From the NCBI GenBank assembly GCA_030141605.1, contig JAQGDQ010001512.1, forward strand, positions 1 through 36,973: 36,973 nt of DNA, written 5' to 3'. Each line of letters opens with the position of its first letter. The first letter of the stretch is position 1. The notes below the pieces were generated by a model that was not told the DNA's origin, did no database searches, and saw only the letters and a program-made list of their open reading frames with translations. The stretch is from Tubiluchus corallicola. Taxonomy: Eukaryota > Animalia > Priapulida. This document shows, piece by piece, positions 34,413 to 36,973 of this stretch. A program made the position numbers and the translations under genes.

Positions 34413-36973
34413 GCTAAGCTACCCGACACAGTAAGAAATGTATTGTAGGTGTTTATTGGCAAGGCATGATTTCATTTCTCACATACAAAACGTCCCCATA
34501 AGGTACGCCAGAAAACAGTGTTGTCGAGGCACCTAAACGGGCTAACAAAGCCCTTGGGAACCAAACGGATGTTACTTTTCAGGCACAAGCTGCTTACTCA
34601 CCCTGAAGCTATGAGACTCATAATGTATCGGCACTATTTCTAAACTGAACATGGATGCATTATGCCCATATCACAGTGAGGACGCAAGAAAAATCTTTTT
34701 CTCGAAATCCCATGCAGCAAGAAAGTTCATTTCATAGTGAAACCGGGCGTTCAGTTAGCTGCAGCGACTTTACGAGTTTTATACTGTATAACCATGTCTA
34801 AATTGAGTTCTACTTGGCGTATTTCTCATATACAAAGTACAGTTAATAATGTTAGTCAATGTAATGTCAGACCTGTTTTTTTCTAGTAAAGTTCTACTAA
34901 CCACTTCAAAGTCTTACATATACATATATAAAATAAATGTATGCGTGCGTTAGTTTTCACGAGTATAGAAATCGATGTTGCATTAATGAAACAAAGTCGA
35001 CAGTCTCTTAAAAAGAGATTAAATCTTATAATTTTATGCTGAAATGTGTTTATTGTCGTTCGTTAAATAAGGAAGAAGCAACTGACTAGTTAAATTTAAG
35101 ACTGAATTTCGCGAGAATTCCTCATGAAAATGGAACATGCAGTATTTCTATCCATATGGTAGAAACCCTCTCAAGGAGGACGCAGAATTTCTCACTAGGA
35201 ACTGGACGAGAAATTTTGCCGTCCGCCCTGACTGTGAAACGGACCTTACTGACGCCAAATAGACATATGACCACAAAAGCACCAGTAATTAATGCAGCTC
35301 AAATTTTTGATGAACTACAGAATACAGATTAAAAAACGAAGGTTTAAAAATTTATACAAATTCTATTCCTCTGTAAGTGCCCTGTGGCTAGTGGACTTAC
35401 CCTTTCTTTAGTCACTACAAAATTTTTATAATACAATTTATAATTTTTTATTTATCTTGAGTAACATACAGTTTTTAATTTTCTATGCCAATTTTTTTAT
35501 ATTAAATATGTGTTTTTGTACTGTGTTGCATGTAATTTGTGTGTGCGCACTATCACGTCGTCTAGGCTCTAGACGTATTAAATCTATGACATATGGTTTG
35601 CACCCATCCATTTTAGCGCACTTCACTTCCAGTTAATTATTATCCATCTAACTAATAATGTAGAATATCTAGGATGTCATAATAAAAAACATTATTGTCA
35701 GTTTTATTAATATGAACGCGACGGGTTATAGTCAGCCTAATTCTAATTTATATGTTGCTGTTTATAACTTAGGTCAGTATCTGATTATGTTCGAGTTTTA
35801 CAACCTCAGTTTCTATATGCAGTTCTGATTTTATGCATCATGAGTATCAGCAAATTAAGAGTGTAATACTGTGCGTTTATATCTGTGCCTTTTAACTTGG
35901 ATTTAAGTGTTTCCAGAAAATTAATTTTCTGCTTTATGCTGATGAATTTGTAGCTGACTTCGGCTTGTAAAAAGCACAAGTTACAACATTAATTACTATG
36001 GGAGAAGGCACTGTTTGCAGCTGCTGGTAATACATACGGTCTATTGAATACTGAAACGTACAATAACCCACAGTTCCATTCTACATACTGTATTCATTAC
36101 CGTTTCCTGCCTGCTAAATTGTCTTCCCATATTGTTATTTTATGTTTGTGAGTGCAAAATGTTTTTAAACGTGGTTGGTTTTATTGTTGGATGGACGAAC
36201 GACGGCGTTGCTAGACTTGTTATTAACCCACCGTTTACTAATTTGCTCTTTGTCGCTAATATTTCTAATAAGGTTCTTTTCCTGTAATTATTTTTGTGTT
36301 CAAATCAATAGTTTTGCCGTTTGTTTGTTTACATTTTGTTTTGAGTAGAGACTATAATTTCAGTTATAGTGACTGTACAATAAACTTCTCATTAATTACG
36401 TTTTCCTTTACACTTCATTCAATGAATTTTTCAATGAATAAAAAACAAGCAATAAATAATAAATGACTGAGTGAATGCGTATTTAGAATAAGTATAAATA
36501 TGAGTAAGTAACTAAACGAAGTGAGCAAGCCAAACAATACTCACTCATTAACTCGCACATTCATTCCCTCATTCATCCATTCATTTTTTCATCTATTCAC
36601 TCACTCTCTCGTGCACTCTCACTCTCACTCTTATCCGTCTTTTAGCACAAGCAACTAAACGGTCGCAATAATTGTGTACTTAGCTAGCAACACTGTCATT
36701 TAGAAGCTGCAAACTTGCGGAGGCCGAATACTCGGGTTACATATCTATGCGCAAGAACTCGAATTATTACCGACAGCAACTTTTGTAACTTGTAGAGCTG
36801 TTGTTACCACTCAAGCCAAAGTCATTCGTGACTTATAGATTAATGTTTGCTACCATTTTGTAGTTTCATTTTTTTGTATCAGATCTAAATAGAGTTTTAG
36901 TTTTTATTTAAGGTTCATATAACTGTGCTCGTAGAATAAAATTGGAATACTTGGCAAAAAAAGTGCAAAAATA

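Noticed and set aside
34420-36973. Scattered splice-like motifs and short open frames
   Set aside because: No consistent exon chain or recognisable protein could be built.

Overview
AT-rich, repeat-dense, intron-rich DNA from an invertebrate animal; the species cannot be named from sequence alone. Most ORFs in the supplied track are microsatellite artefacts, so genes were rebuilt by hand from GT-AG splice sites. (1) A complete 8-exon minus-strand trypsin-like S1A serine protease (18910..8293, 371 aa) with an intact His/Asp/Ser triad, an F|IVGG activation site and an acidic 10-aa repeat tail ending in CSCTCP. (2) Exon 1 and a conserved promoter of a tandem paralogue (1264..1201) that runs off the left edge. 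(3) A 3-exon minus-strand gene (34173..31139, 130 aa) for a secreted, strongly cationic, Tyr-rich peptide with an 8-Cys module followed by a pure (Pro-Arg)10 tract. This is the most novel item and a candidate antimicrobial or adhesive peptide. (4) A TATA box plus signal-peptide exon on the plus strand (22506..22581) whose downstream exons are unresolved. Non-coding space holds two families of TTAA-flanked Kolobok-type elements, a young pogo/Tigger-like deletion derivative, hAT-type and foldback MITEs, tRNA-derived SINEs, two LINE relics and many mini/microsatellites.
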